A stretch of DNA of 64,000 nucleotides from Selaginella moellendorffii (taxonomy: Eukaryota > Plantae > Lycopodiophyta): contig NW_003314283.1 of assembly GCF_000143415.4 (NCBI RefSeq), positions 1,863,228 through 1,927,227 of the forward strand, given 5' to 3'. Shown here in pieces: positions 1-11,296 of this stretch. Every line of letters begins with the position of its first letter. Within the stretch, counting starts at the first letter, position 1. Under the pieces are notes generated by a model that saw only the letters and a list, made by a program, of their open reading frames with translations, had not been told where the DNA came from and ran no database searches. The position numbers and the translations under genes are program-made.

Positions 1-3000
1 GGTCAGTTTACCCGTGCCTGAGGAACTGAAGACGGCTATAGAGCTTTCGAATCCAGAGAAAGCTCCAGGTGCAGCATGGAAAATGCTCAGCTGGGTCTTC
101 AACGCAATAGCGGGTGGGTCACCTGCTTCCGACTCCAAGGGCAAATGCGTTGTCGAGTACAACTGCGGCGGACTATTATTTCGAGCCGCACTACTCAAGG
201 GTGTCCCGTATGTTGCGGTGACAAACTCCATTGAAGAAGTGACTTCAATGGAGCATATAATTACAGTTGCCAAAGAAAAACAGTATCTTCTTTGCGAACC
301 TGGTGAGTACGCACTTTAAGTTTAAATGTTATCTCACAAGCTCTGTATGCAGGAGCGTGGCCACCCCCAGATGCTGAAACGGCGTTAACAGCTACTGTTG
401 AAGATACCCATGTTGGGCCGAGCTCACAACCTGCACAAGGTAAGGTCACGTGAGGCCTCACGCCATTTTGATTATAAATCGTTGTTAATATTCAGACACG
501 AGGACTGAAAAGCGCACTGGTGGCGCGTAGAAGAAGGACAAACAAACAAGCAATAGGAAAAAAGGAGGTACAAATTATATTTGCAATGGTGTGTGGTCTC
601 ATGCCATTCCTTGCAGGAGACACTTCTTCAAAGGCAAAACAGGCAAGCACCAGCCAAGCTCAAACTGACAGTGGTCATAAAAAGCGAAAGCACGTTGGAC
701 AGTCATCGGGATCAGAGGCATTTGATTCGAAAAGGAAGAAGGGCAACGAAAAGATGATAGGTAATGCCTCGCGGTTATGGCGTGTGTGCTCATGCCATTC
801 ATTGCAGATCAAGGGCTGAGTGAAAGCAGCCAGTCACCACCTCCTGACTCAGATTCCTATGGCGGACTCCCCTTCCCCAATCTCAATGGAGAGGTACAAT
901 GAATGAAGGATGCTTTTCAAGTCAGGGCCACGTTTTTCTCATCTCGTCGTCTTCGAAGGGTGCAAGAACGTGCAGAAACCATGTTAAGACAGTCGGGTGA
1001 GGATACGGTCCTAGGTTAGGCACTAAAACAGGCTATGGATGTCTTGTATTTTGAGATGGAGACTCGGCCAGATGATTTTCCCAAGATGGTCCTGGAAGAA
1101 CAAGCCATCCAGCCTGAGCAGCCTATGGAAGAAATGCAGGAGGGGGATGAGGAGCCAGAGAAAGATAATGAGCAGGAAGAGCAGAAAAACGAAGAGGAGG
1201 ACAAAGAAGAGGAGGACGAAGAAGAGGAGGACAAAGAGGACTTGGATGGTCCTCACAATGGTGACGATCACAATAACGACGACGACGATGATGACGACGA
1301 TGGCCAGCCTGAGGTGGCCAAAGAGCAGCGGAGGAAGGTCATACAAGACAAACCATCAGGTAAATAATAGTACATCCATTCCTAACCTTTTACCATTTCT
1401 AACATTGTCCATGTAGATCGCAAAGCAAATGGTAAGTAGAGATTATTCAGTTGAATTAAGATACAAACTCTAGCCTTTAGTGTCGAGGAAGGATAGTGCC
1501 AAGCAAGGGTCGAAACGTATGTCCAATCCTTCAGAATCAACAGTGCGCCCAAGTGATATCGGTCCTAGTTCCTCAATAGCAGTTGATGGTAAATACAATA
1601 TAGTCGATTCAATGTGCTAATGAGTTTGTTTTTAGTAGCCAGTAGGGAGGATACCATCTCAATCGAAGGGAGATATTTGGACATGCATATGGATCCGCCA
1701 GTGGACTCTACTTGCCTGCAAGAGTCATCAGAGCTGGTGGAGGCTACTATCCATATCAACGCCAAGCAAGCTGACCACGCTCCACTTGATGCTGCCCATA
1801 CCACTGAGTCAATCTTGTCCACGTATCCAACTGACGGTGACCAGGCGCCATTGGACCCGCATAAGGCCGCCCCAACCGCCGAGCCGGTCGTATCCTCATT
1901 TCCAACGGACTCAACGTGTGCCCAATCGTCTGACTACGCGCCGTTGGAACCTCCCTACACCGCCCCTACTGCTTGTTTGGTCATGTCCACTTTGCCAACG
2001 GAGGCACCAGCTGAAATGGCGTGTGATCACACACCATCAGAACCACCCCATGCCATTGTTGAGCCAGTTGTACCAGAGTCTACAGCTGAAATGGCATGTG
2101 CCCACACGCCATCGGATGTGATTGACCCCACATTGCAGAGGAGAGTATTTCCACCCTTCACGTTTCCTCGACCAAAACCCTCTCAATGACCATCGGGAGC
2201 ACCATTCGCTAATATTGTAGATGGTAAAATTGACTTGTACCATTTTTTATGTTGACGCATTTCATTTCAGAGTCACGGCGAAGGTACTGTATCGTTTTTG
2301 ATCTGAACGGTGTCCTTTTCTCCCATGAGCGTGGCTCGTCCTCGAATGTCACTTCACCCTCCAAAGCCTGCGGTCGCAAGTTGGTCAAAAGAGACAGATT
2401 CACATTAATCACACGGGAGAAACTGCGGGATCTAATAATGACCATGCGACACTTAAAACAGAGGGCCGGGTTCAATTTGCAATTGGGAGTTTGGACATCC
2501 ATGATGCACCACAATGCATTAACGTTGCTACAGATGATGCACGATCAAATGCGAGTAATATTACCATTTGACTTTCTCCTAACACAGGAGGATTGCTTGA
2601 CTATGGTCCATGTGAGGGGTAGCAAGCCCATCTTCGTCAAGCCAGAGGCTGTAGTGATGAACTGGACTGCTAGGTCAAGTGAAATCCTCATCATTGATGA
2701 CTCGCCGATTAAAACTGCAGCGAACATGCACACATATGCAGTGCACCCCATCTCTTGCAGTATGGAAACTAGGGAGAAGAAACCATATGTTCTGGGGGAC
2801 CTTGCAAAACGGCTTGGAGCGATGGTGATAGAGAACCAGCCAGTCCAGGAGGTGGCTGCAGAAATCAACCAAATGGCAGATGGAACGGTATATCAGAAGC
2901 CATTTGATCGGACAGACACCAATCATCATTTATGGCATGTATATTGTCTAGCCAAGCACTATCCGCATCTCCATAATCTGCTCAACCGGATGGGTTCTTC

Positions 3001-3133
3001 GACCACTGAACATGAGCGTGGACGTATTAGAGAAGAGATGGCATTACTATTGGGTTTAAATCCTGATAGTGTGGAGAGTGATGAAATTCCAAGATTATTG
3101 TATAGGCGTTGGAGGCAAAAAATAACAGTCTGA
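1..3133 (+). pseudogene. Multi-exon gene, 5' end outside window: N4/N6-MTase-like C-terminal segment, acidic/Pro-rich linker, FCP1/NIF-type HAD domain; several premature stops
   Basis: GT-AG introns at 303-352, 440-495, 568-616 and 761-807 splice the first exons in frame into ORF 1035..1367. A further intron lies at 1360-1416; exon structure between 1417 and ~1640 is unresolved. Intron 2224-2270 joins the 1614 frame to the FCP1 exon. In-frame stops at ~528, ~900, ~1017 and 2187 are TAG/TGA, consistent with C>T changes. Confidence 0.6.
2271..3133 (+). CDS. FCP1-homology (NIF/SCP-like) HAD phosphatase domain exon
   Basis: IVFDLNGVL (HAD motif I variant), LGVWTS (motif II), IFVKP (motif III Lys), LIIDDSPIKT (motif IV). 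Confidence 0.75.
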
Positions 3134-3540
3134 GATGGCATGTATTTATTTTAAAATGTAACTTATTATGGCATGGGGTTCCATGCCATTGTATTAATAT
3201 TAAAAGACAATTCTTTGAGAGGATTTGCATTATACTAGAAGTGTTACAGCATGTTATTGGAAGTCTACGAAGTTGTTTTATTAATAAGGGGAAAGTAAAG
3301 ATTGAATGGGGACTTGGGCTCCACCTAGACTCGGAGCAACTGAGCCAATATTAAAAGGATGGAAAGAAATTGGACGACGATGACAAAGAGAAGAGAGAGG
3401 TGAAGCAGTGGCAGGGGGAGGAGAAGTGATTGAGTAGACATTTCCTTGTTTAAAATAAAATGGCATGTGCCTCAATGCAGTTGAATTTTGTTATATTTAT
3501 ATACTATATAAAGGTTTGGAAACCTTATTTTACAAGTGGG

Positions 3541-4203
3541 ATAATGACAATTCCCACTTTAATGAAATAGAGCTTTCTTCCCGATAGGATGCCACCACCG
3601 CAAGGGGATACTCTATCATGGAGTGTGTTGTAAGCCCAACACATTTCCCAAGCCTTAAAGGTTGCGAGCAGCTTCATGACTTTTGAGGGTGTGGTTGTCA
3701 TGATCCTTCCCCGCTCTCTAATATGGAAAGGCCTTCTCGCACACTTGGCTGACAACAATGATGGATTTATCGAGTTTTCATCTAGTTGCCTTCTTTCGAG
3801 TATGGTGGTGGACACAAAAGACACTAGTGGGCAAAAGCAAAAGGTGTGTGACTTCTTTATTTAGAAATTAACTCTATTCTTTTTTTTTTTTTTCCAGGTT
3901 TATTCCTGGAACTACCATGCTCTATGCCACATTGGGAACCGGCGTAATACCATACAAGCTGATGAGTGTGCTGCTCTTGCTTTACTAGGATATGACAGCT
4001 CTATAGACATCATCCCAAATGTGATTGACTTGGACATTCTTCACCCAGCATTCCTTGGTTATCGACATCGTTCGGTCACGGCCATGCAGATCTTGTTGGA
4101 GTTATTCTGTCCACCAAAGGGGATTGTACTTGATGCTACAGTAGGATTTGGGTCAATGGTACAGGCAGCGAAAGAGACAGGCCGAGAAGCAGAAAAAGAT
4201 TGA
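3541..4203 (+). pseudogene. Beta-class N4/N6 DNA methyltransferase-like gene relic (copy A)
   Basis: Intron 3844-3897 joins two exons in frame. C-terminal HRSVTAMQILLELFCPPKGIVLDATVGFGSMVQAAKETGR resembles the N6_N4_Mtase SAM-binding end (..L..lie.fsppgd.VLDpFaGsGst..AA...gR). Stops upstream and an internal deletion at the 3' end. Confidence 0.6.
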
Positions 4204-4399
4204 ATATATTCTGATTTTAATATAAGTTATGTGGTTTAATATATTATTTTCTTTCTTTGTAGACTAAAAGATTAGTTCATGTCGAACTAATAATCTACAT
4301 GAGCTTATGGAATACCTTAAACACCTAGATTTTATGTTAAAAATTCTTGGTTCGAAACAAACTAAGGTAGTGCCATTAAACTTTCACTTGTTAGGGGAT

Positions 4400-4468
4400 T
4401 GTATTGACTTCTTTTGACTTTTGTTGACTTTTATTGACTTGAGCTCAGCTCAAAAACTACCCAGCCCC
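4400..4468. repeat. Putative DNA-transposon terminus (TTGACTT repeats + GAGCTCAGCTCAAAAACTACCCAGCCCC)
   Basis: Homologous ends at ~30250-30310 and, more diverged, 13445-13523. In all three the similarity stops at a C run. Confidence 0.45.
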
Positions 4469-5438
4469 TGCCATTGCTAACGAATCTCACCACCTCCCAT
4501 TCTGCCGAAGCATCTAGACCTCCACTCCTCTAGCTGCCTCAATTTCACTTGCTCCTTCAGGATGGTGTAATGAAGCTGCACTACTACAAGAGTGAGTCTC
4601 CACCACAATGCCACCACCATCGATATCCTTGCTTGTTGCCCATAAAAGTGGCAATGGTTTTGTGCCTCCTAGAGTGCTTGCACTTCTGTCACTCTCCAGA
4701 TGGACCAGCGCTCATGGCCCATCGCCTCCCAAACTAACATCCCGACTTCAGCCCCTATTGCGTCCCACTAGACCCAACTTCAACCCCTATCGTACTACTT
4801 GAATCCTGCCCTTGACTTCATCATCCGTCACTATCGGCATGACCTGTTTATCTCCTGCTGGCAGCTGCATGTCGCCTCTCATAACCCGACAAGGACGCCC
4901 AACATTCTGTTTTGGGGACACAATGAACCACACCTCCACATCACCATCCTCCCAAGTTGGTGTTGGGGCTGCAAACACCCGTGTCTAGGCCCCCAAGCTG
5001 ATGCGTTCCCTGTTTGGCTCCACGTCCCATTATAGAGCCACAACGTCTCCAGGTTTGAGACAATGCCTAGGCCAGAGCTGCCCTTTCTTCACCTCACTCA
5101 CTGCTTTGATGATGCGAAGAAGATTGAGGTGGACTTTCCTCCACCATCCTTGGTTAAAGACTTGCATATGCCTTGTAGTCTTCCTCCTATCCTTGTCTAG
5201 AACTCCCACCAGTTGCTTGAGGGTTCTGAAGCCTTCGCCATGCAGCTTTCTCCAGATTGTGTAGTGGTCTTCCCTACCCAATGTCTTGTCATCCACTTTG
5301 AAGAGGTCATTGAAGAATAGGGGTTGGTTCAGCCAGTCCTCCACTCGCCCTGGCATTTCCCTACTGACTAGAAACTTGCTCCATAACCTGAGAAACCCTT
5401 GAACCAGTGTGCCCCCCTTGACTACTTGCTTCGGCCCT

Positions 5439-6245
5439 TCAACAAACAGCCAACGTGGATCCTTCTCCCATGGTGCCTAGTGTTGTGCCTAGGTCGAATT
5501 GCCAACAAACTCTGCCTAAACATGAGTCTTTACCTAGTTGAAGGCCCATAAGGAGGATTTTGTACCGTAGTGCCTTTGCCATGTTGCTCGGATCAATAAC
5601 TCCAAGTCCTCCCAAGACTCGTGGACGTGTTGTGGATTGCCATGCAACCTTGGCCATGATCCTTCCTGTGACAAGCGCACCCCACCACACATACTTACGA
5701 ACCATCATGCGTACCTTTTTAAGAGTGCATTCAAGGACATGCCAGATTGAGAGGTGGTACCAAATGTTGGGCAGAATGATGCTCCTAGCTACAACCACTC
5801 TCACTAGCAAACCAAGTTTCTGAGGAGCCCACTTCTGGATTAACATTTGTATCCTTCGGAGCAAGGTGTCATCTTGAAGTGTTGCATTAAACTGGGTACC
5901 AACCTGAATCCCCAAGTACCTAGTGTCCTCTCTTGGTTTGAGCTACTGGAAGTCGATGTCTTGGCCCCATGACTCAATGCTTGGCTGCCCCTAGTTGATG
6001 CCCACTGATTTGTTCCAGTTGATTGCTGCGCCAACTGCGAGGTTGAAAGTCTCCAGTGCCTTCTTAGCTGCATCTAGGTTCTCCTTTGTTGCGAGGAGGA
6101 ACAAGGCCGTGTCATCTACAAATGCTCCATCCAGGAGTTCCTGAGTCACCCTTGCTATTCTTGGAAGTTGCTGTCTCACAGCTGGTAGGGTGAGTTCTTT
6201 GATGCACCCACCTTCTGCTAGAAAAGTGCCTAGGGCCTTAACCAC
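5439..6245 (-). pseudogene. LINE ORF2 reverse transcriptase C-terminal fragments
   Basis: AFVDDTALF, INWNKS, GIQVG, KVAWQ..GGLGV. Confidence 0.75.
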
Positions 6246-6973
6246 AAACCACTCGTGGGGGACACACTAGGGAAGGGATGCACGCACTTCCACTGCCGCA
6301 TTTTCCCTCTCTGCAGTCCACTACTGGGCTGTGTACAGCAGTTGGTAGAACTCCTAGGTGAGCTGCTGCATCCCTTGTTGATCCTCGATGACCCTCCCAT
6401 CATTGTGCTTCAGTCCCAGGATGGGAGGACAGTCAGTCATTGGCCTGATTCCCCTAAAGAAAGACTTGTTGAGAAGGCATTCATTTAGGGCCCATTCATC
6501 TTCCATGGCCCAGACACCCTTGCTCCACGCTACATACTCCAGGTCATGTAGCTTGGCTTCCTGTTCATCCAATACTACTTGCCACTTGTTCTCATTTTGT
6601 GTGTTCAGCAACATCCTATGCACTGCTGCCACCTTCTACCTGGCCAATCTCACGTCCTTCATCACTGCTCCTTTGAGATCCTTTTGGCATGCCCGGAGCT
6701 TCTGGGAGCAAGACAAGAGCATTGGGATCAGTCCCATCTTGTCTTGCACGAGGGTGTCATGTATTAGCCCAATCGTCACTAAGTCTCGCACGTTGCTCTT
6801 GTGATTGAGTGCTGGACTGTTGTCCCTTTGTTCCTTTGAAGCTTGATCACACTGCAGAGGGGGTCGTGATCAGAGAAGGAGGTGAAACCGAGCCACGTCT
6901 TAAGGCTTCCACCATCCTACCATATGCGAGTTGAGGCATAAATCCGGTCTAGTCTCAATTGGGAGGTCACTGA

Positions 6974-7580
6974 CTACCGCCTCGTAAAGGGGTGAGCATG
7001 AGATGCAAACCCCATTGCATGTTGGAGGTCCATGATCCCTAGTGCATCCACAAGCTGACTCCACTGCTCCCACTCACAAAGTAGAATTATTTCCTGCATT
7101 CCCTTGCAATTGCAGATGTCCTTAACCATGTTGAAGTCTCCTAGAACCAGCCATTCATTTGCTTGCCCTTGGGTGGATTGCAATATGCTCAGCCAGAATT
7201 CTGCACATCTCCCTTTCCTCATTGGTGCATAGATGTTGATTATCCCCACCCGTCTGAAGTGGAGATGAAGGACAAGCAACTGAGCCTTCCCCGGAACCAG
7301 GACAATGTGGTTTCGTACCTGAGCAGACCATTTGGTTGAGACTACCACTGCTGTGCCACCTCCTGATCTGGCCACCACTTGCGTGGCTGGGTTCCACCAG
7401 AGCCATCCCCTCATGCCAAAGGTGTAGTCTGGGGCTTCGATCATTTTGTGCTCTTGCAAACATAGGATGTTGATGCCTCCTAAGCTGATCTCGCGGATGT
7501 GGGACTTGAGTTGCACCCTTTTGTTGAGTCAACTGCTGGTCCAGCTGAGTCCCCGACAGTTCCAAGTGACAGTCATAAGT
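6974..7580 (-). pseudogene. LINE ORF2 APE-type endonuclease fragment
   Basis: CLQEHK, NIYAP, GDFN motifs. Confidence 0.8.
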
Positions 7581-10500
7581 GTTGTCATGGAGCCATGTAC
7601 TTCCAATAAAATGAGGTGTTGTGGGGTCTTGCCCTCCATTCTGTGGAGATGGTCCACACCATAGTCATCTTCCCTCTATACTTTGTCCATGAGAAGCCTT
7701 GGACAATGTATCTCGCAAAGCTTGTCCACTTCATGATGGCACTCTCCATGCATTTCTAGTAGTCGCCAATGGTGACAACCTCCGGGAAGGCTGTGTCCCG
7801 CAGCACATCAGCCAGTCTCCTACCTCTATGGAACTTAATTCCCACTTAGGTGGAATCCACCTGATTGCCATTCCTACTGTCTAAGGGAGGACCGGCTGGA
7901 AGCCATCCCCTTCAATGTCAATGATAGGTCCCTCAAACAGTTTGGGCTGCAAGGAAGAGCCCAAGAGTGGTGGGGGCGACCGGGAAGCGAATGTGTGGCA
8001 TTTGGTCAGGAGGGCGTGCCTTCAAGATCTTCTCTTGCTTTTCTGGTAACTCAAACGGCTTCTGGGAGGCTAGCCTGTTCCACTTGACTGAGCAGGCCTC
8101 CTCCCGGTATCCAGTACTCTAACAAAAGTTACATCTAGGTTCCGAGTTCTCCATTTGGATCCTGATATACTAGCCCAGCACTACACTCTCTACCAGGATT
8201 TCAGCCGGGGCTGAGACAAAAACCTTGAGTTGGATGGGGCCAAGGACACCCTCTGCTTCTACAGTATCAAGACCAAGCACCATCTGGCTGATACTCCCTT
8301 CAACCAGCTCCTGGATCACCATTGTGATCCGCATTTCATGGGAATGTCCCACAATGAAATGTTCACTGGAAAGCTCCCACGCTTGAGGCGTGCCTAGTCC
8401 TCGCTGTGAACCTCGGGATCCATGGGTGGAATGACACCACCCAATGCTCTTGTCAATGAGGCCATGCATGGCCTCCTTTTGAGACTGTGCCTCCTCTGTC
8501 TCAAAGACAACTGTGTAACAGCCCTTCCCATGTGGTAGCATCTTCTTCATGAGGATCCCCTGTCCCAACGTTGTATTGATCAAGTTGTTAGCCATGCAAC
8601 CTATTGGGAACTTCCCTCTGAAAATTGCAATCAATGCCTTCTTACGGAGTTCCTCTTCCTTCTCTACCACTGCTCTTTGCATAGCCTCAGCTAGCTTCAC
8701 AGGAATAGCCTTTCCTCTCGTGTCAACATGGACCAAGTCACTTTCACCTTCTCCTGCTGCTGCCACCTTGGGCACTTCTGCATGTCCAAATGTTTCCCCG
8801 TTCATGTTATGGGAGGCGTTCTTCTTGTTGCCATCACTATTCCCGTCCGAGGAGTGTAGTGCTTCTGCCACCTTTCCCTGGCCCCAAGTCTTCCCTGCTC
8901 TTGACTAGGCCTTTGCCACTCACTCAGACGTGTCAACCTCTTGGCACTTGTTCTCTTGCATACCTGTACTCTTATCAGTGGGGGCCTACTCCTCCTCGAG
9001 AAAGGCTTCAACTGTGTTTGTCCAGGATAGGCCCTCCTTGACAAGTCTCAGAGTTTTAAGTTTCTGCCATGTTGCTCGCTTCACTTTCTTCTTCTTGCAT
9101 TTGGTCTTCCTCTTGTTGAAGATATCCCATTCCTGGAATTGAAGTGTCCCATCTGACTTTTCATCCAATGAGTGCTCGGTCTCTGGCTTTGTTTCTGGCT
9201 CTCCAAGTCTCACATCCTTTGTTGGTGTTGGTGCAACATCCAACTTGCCATCTTGCTCTTGTGCCCATGCATCAAACAGATCCACTTGCTGTGTGACCAC
9301 TACCTTCGTGATTAATTCCTGTGCTTCTCACAGTGCAGGTCCCAACACAAGGTCTTCTCCCAAAGGATTCAGGTCCAACTCTCTAGTCATGGACAGTAGA
9401 GTTGATTGGAGTTCTTTGGTCGAGCGGAGACCTTTGGATCCTTCCCTCAAAGTGGCAAGGGTCCCAGACCAACATCTCGGCCTCGTCAAGTCTTGGAAAT
9501 GGAGAGGGGAGCAACACCTTCTGCCCCTCATATAGCACTGTGGGAGAGTCTAGGTCTGATTTCCTCTCTTGTGGCTGGTGTGCAAGGTCCACCTAGCATG
9601 CTTCCTCTTGCCTTCTTGCATGTACTGGGTCAGGGATGGGCCCATCCTTGTCTACAGGAGTCTCTGGGTGATATGGGGGGTTCCCACCAGCTGATGGCAT
9701 GAGCTTGATGCATTCCCATGAGTAGGGAGTGTGCCAGTTGCCCAGTCCTTCTGTGTCTTGAGGTCCTTCGTTAGAATTCCAAGAGCTGCTTAACATGCAT
9801 CCCACAGAGAGACGTTCCCCATGTCTTCCATGTCATCCATTTGGTGAGTTAGCTGCATGACTTCCTAATAGATTCGTTGTGTTGGATCACGATGCACCTG
9901 TTCCATGAACCTCTCACTATTCCAAAAGACTATACCACCACCTGCAAGCTTCAGCAAGAACAAGTGTAGACAATCTGTGTTGTCTCCAACCTGTCTTGCA
10001 TTAGTGTAGAGCCTCGCCACTAGGGGCTGTGAGCTGGATCTTGGCCTCACACTTGAGGAACGAGCTGGTGAAGATGGGAGTGAAGCCCTGGGCTTGTTCG
10101 TAAGGTCTGACAAGCATTTGTGGGCAAACTTCAATGTCCGGAGTGGTTGTTCCTTGCTCGGCCCTAGGGCCACAACTGAACGGTCAATCTCCTTGGAGAT
10201 CTCCTGGCCTTGGTTGTGTCTTTGAGTGAGGGATTGTGAACTCACCTTCTAATGAGACCTTCATATTGATCCTGCAGGACAGAAGCGCATCCACACTCGG
10301 GCCCTGTTCCTCCCTGTTTTTGGTCGTTCTGAGTGGGGGAGACTTGAGTTCTCCTGTCCCATGCCCTAGCTCTGCTGCTGCTGCATGTGCTGCTGCTCTG
10401 GTGGTGACTCCTAACCTAATCCTGGTGCACCGCTGCTGCACTTCTATGAGACATCCATCCCTATGAATCCCCTCAACTACAAAAGTGCTTGGGATGATTC

Positions 10501-11014
10501 CCCACAAGCCTTCCTAACTTGTGACTGGCCTGAGACTCTCACAAAGCTCCTGCACTCCAGCCAGTGACCATGCTAGTGGGTGAGGGGAGGTAGCTTTGTC
10601 CTCTCCTCCACTCTCAATGGCCAATTCGCCTCTAGCATGGCTTACACTTCCAGCTTTTTCCAGGACCTGGCCATCTCCCAACCTAGAAACGTCCACCACT
10701 TCTATCTCATAGTTCTTATCCTGTTGGGCTGCTACTTTGTGCGGCTCACTTGCTGCCTTGCACAGCAGTGTTCTGGCCGTTGATATAGAGGGCCCTTTCC
10801 CATCCTAGCTTACTGCTGTGCATGTTCCAGGACCCCAACCTTGTAACAGTCCTCCTTGTGGGAGCCAAATGCTGTGGCCCCTACCTCACACTCCACAACC
10901 TTGAGAGCTTAGATTGATGGGCGTGGATGTTATGACTCCCTTGCAGCTGTTCTCCATGCTGCTGACAAGAGAGTGAATACACAACAGAACCAAAAAAAGG
11001 AGTACAATGTTTTG

Positions 11015-11296
11015 CCTAGGTATAATAGTTCCACTAACATCATACCCAACCTTATGGATGAGTAGATCTGTAACACGTTTCTAGGGTACTGATTTTGAAC
11101 TTCATCGGCGATGCAAGTCTTGCTTGAGCTCTATTGCCCACCAGATGGTGTTGTGATTGATTGCACAGTAGGTAGCGGTTCTATAGTGAAGGTAGCATGT
11201 GACTCTAGTAGGTCGGTGTTTGCTTTTGAAGAACATCATTTCTTCAAACACTGTATTAAAGGATTTTGTGAGTTCCCTCCATCCTCAAGGAGGTAA
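11015..11296 (+). pseudogene. N4/N6 DNA methyltransferase-like relic (copy B)
   Basis: YNSSTNIIPNL...AMQVLLELYCPPDGVVIDCTVGSGSIVKVACDSSRSVFAFE aligns with copy A and keeps a DxxxGSG SAM motif plus the following strand ending in E. Confidence 0.65.

Larger units (their letters stand above)
4469..10975 (-). mobile_element. Degenerate L1-clade LINE (family 1)
   Basis: ORF1-like 8170-8871; APE endonuclease motifs ILCLQEHK, INIYAP, WLVLGDFN (6974-7516); RT motif FVDDTALF and downstream GGLG (5439-6245). Many stops, frameshifts and deletions; boundaries approximate. Confidence 0.8.

Noticed and set aside
1016-1346. Hydrophobic or Ser-rich minus-strand ORFs
   Set aside because: Antisense shadows of the acidic exon.
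3541-4203. Bacterial restriction-modification system or contamination
   Set aside because: Spliceosomal introns, multiple decayed copies, plant retroelement surroundings; the REase-like gene at 35 kb is unlinked and of Crinkler type.
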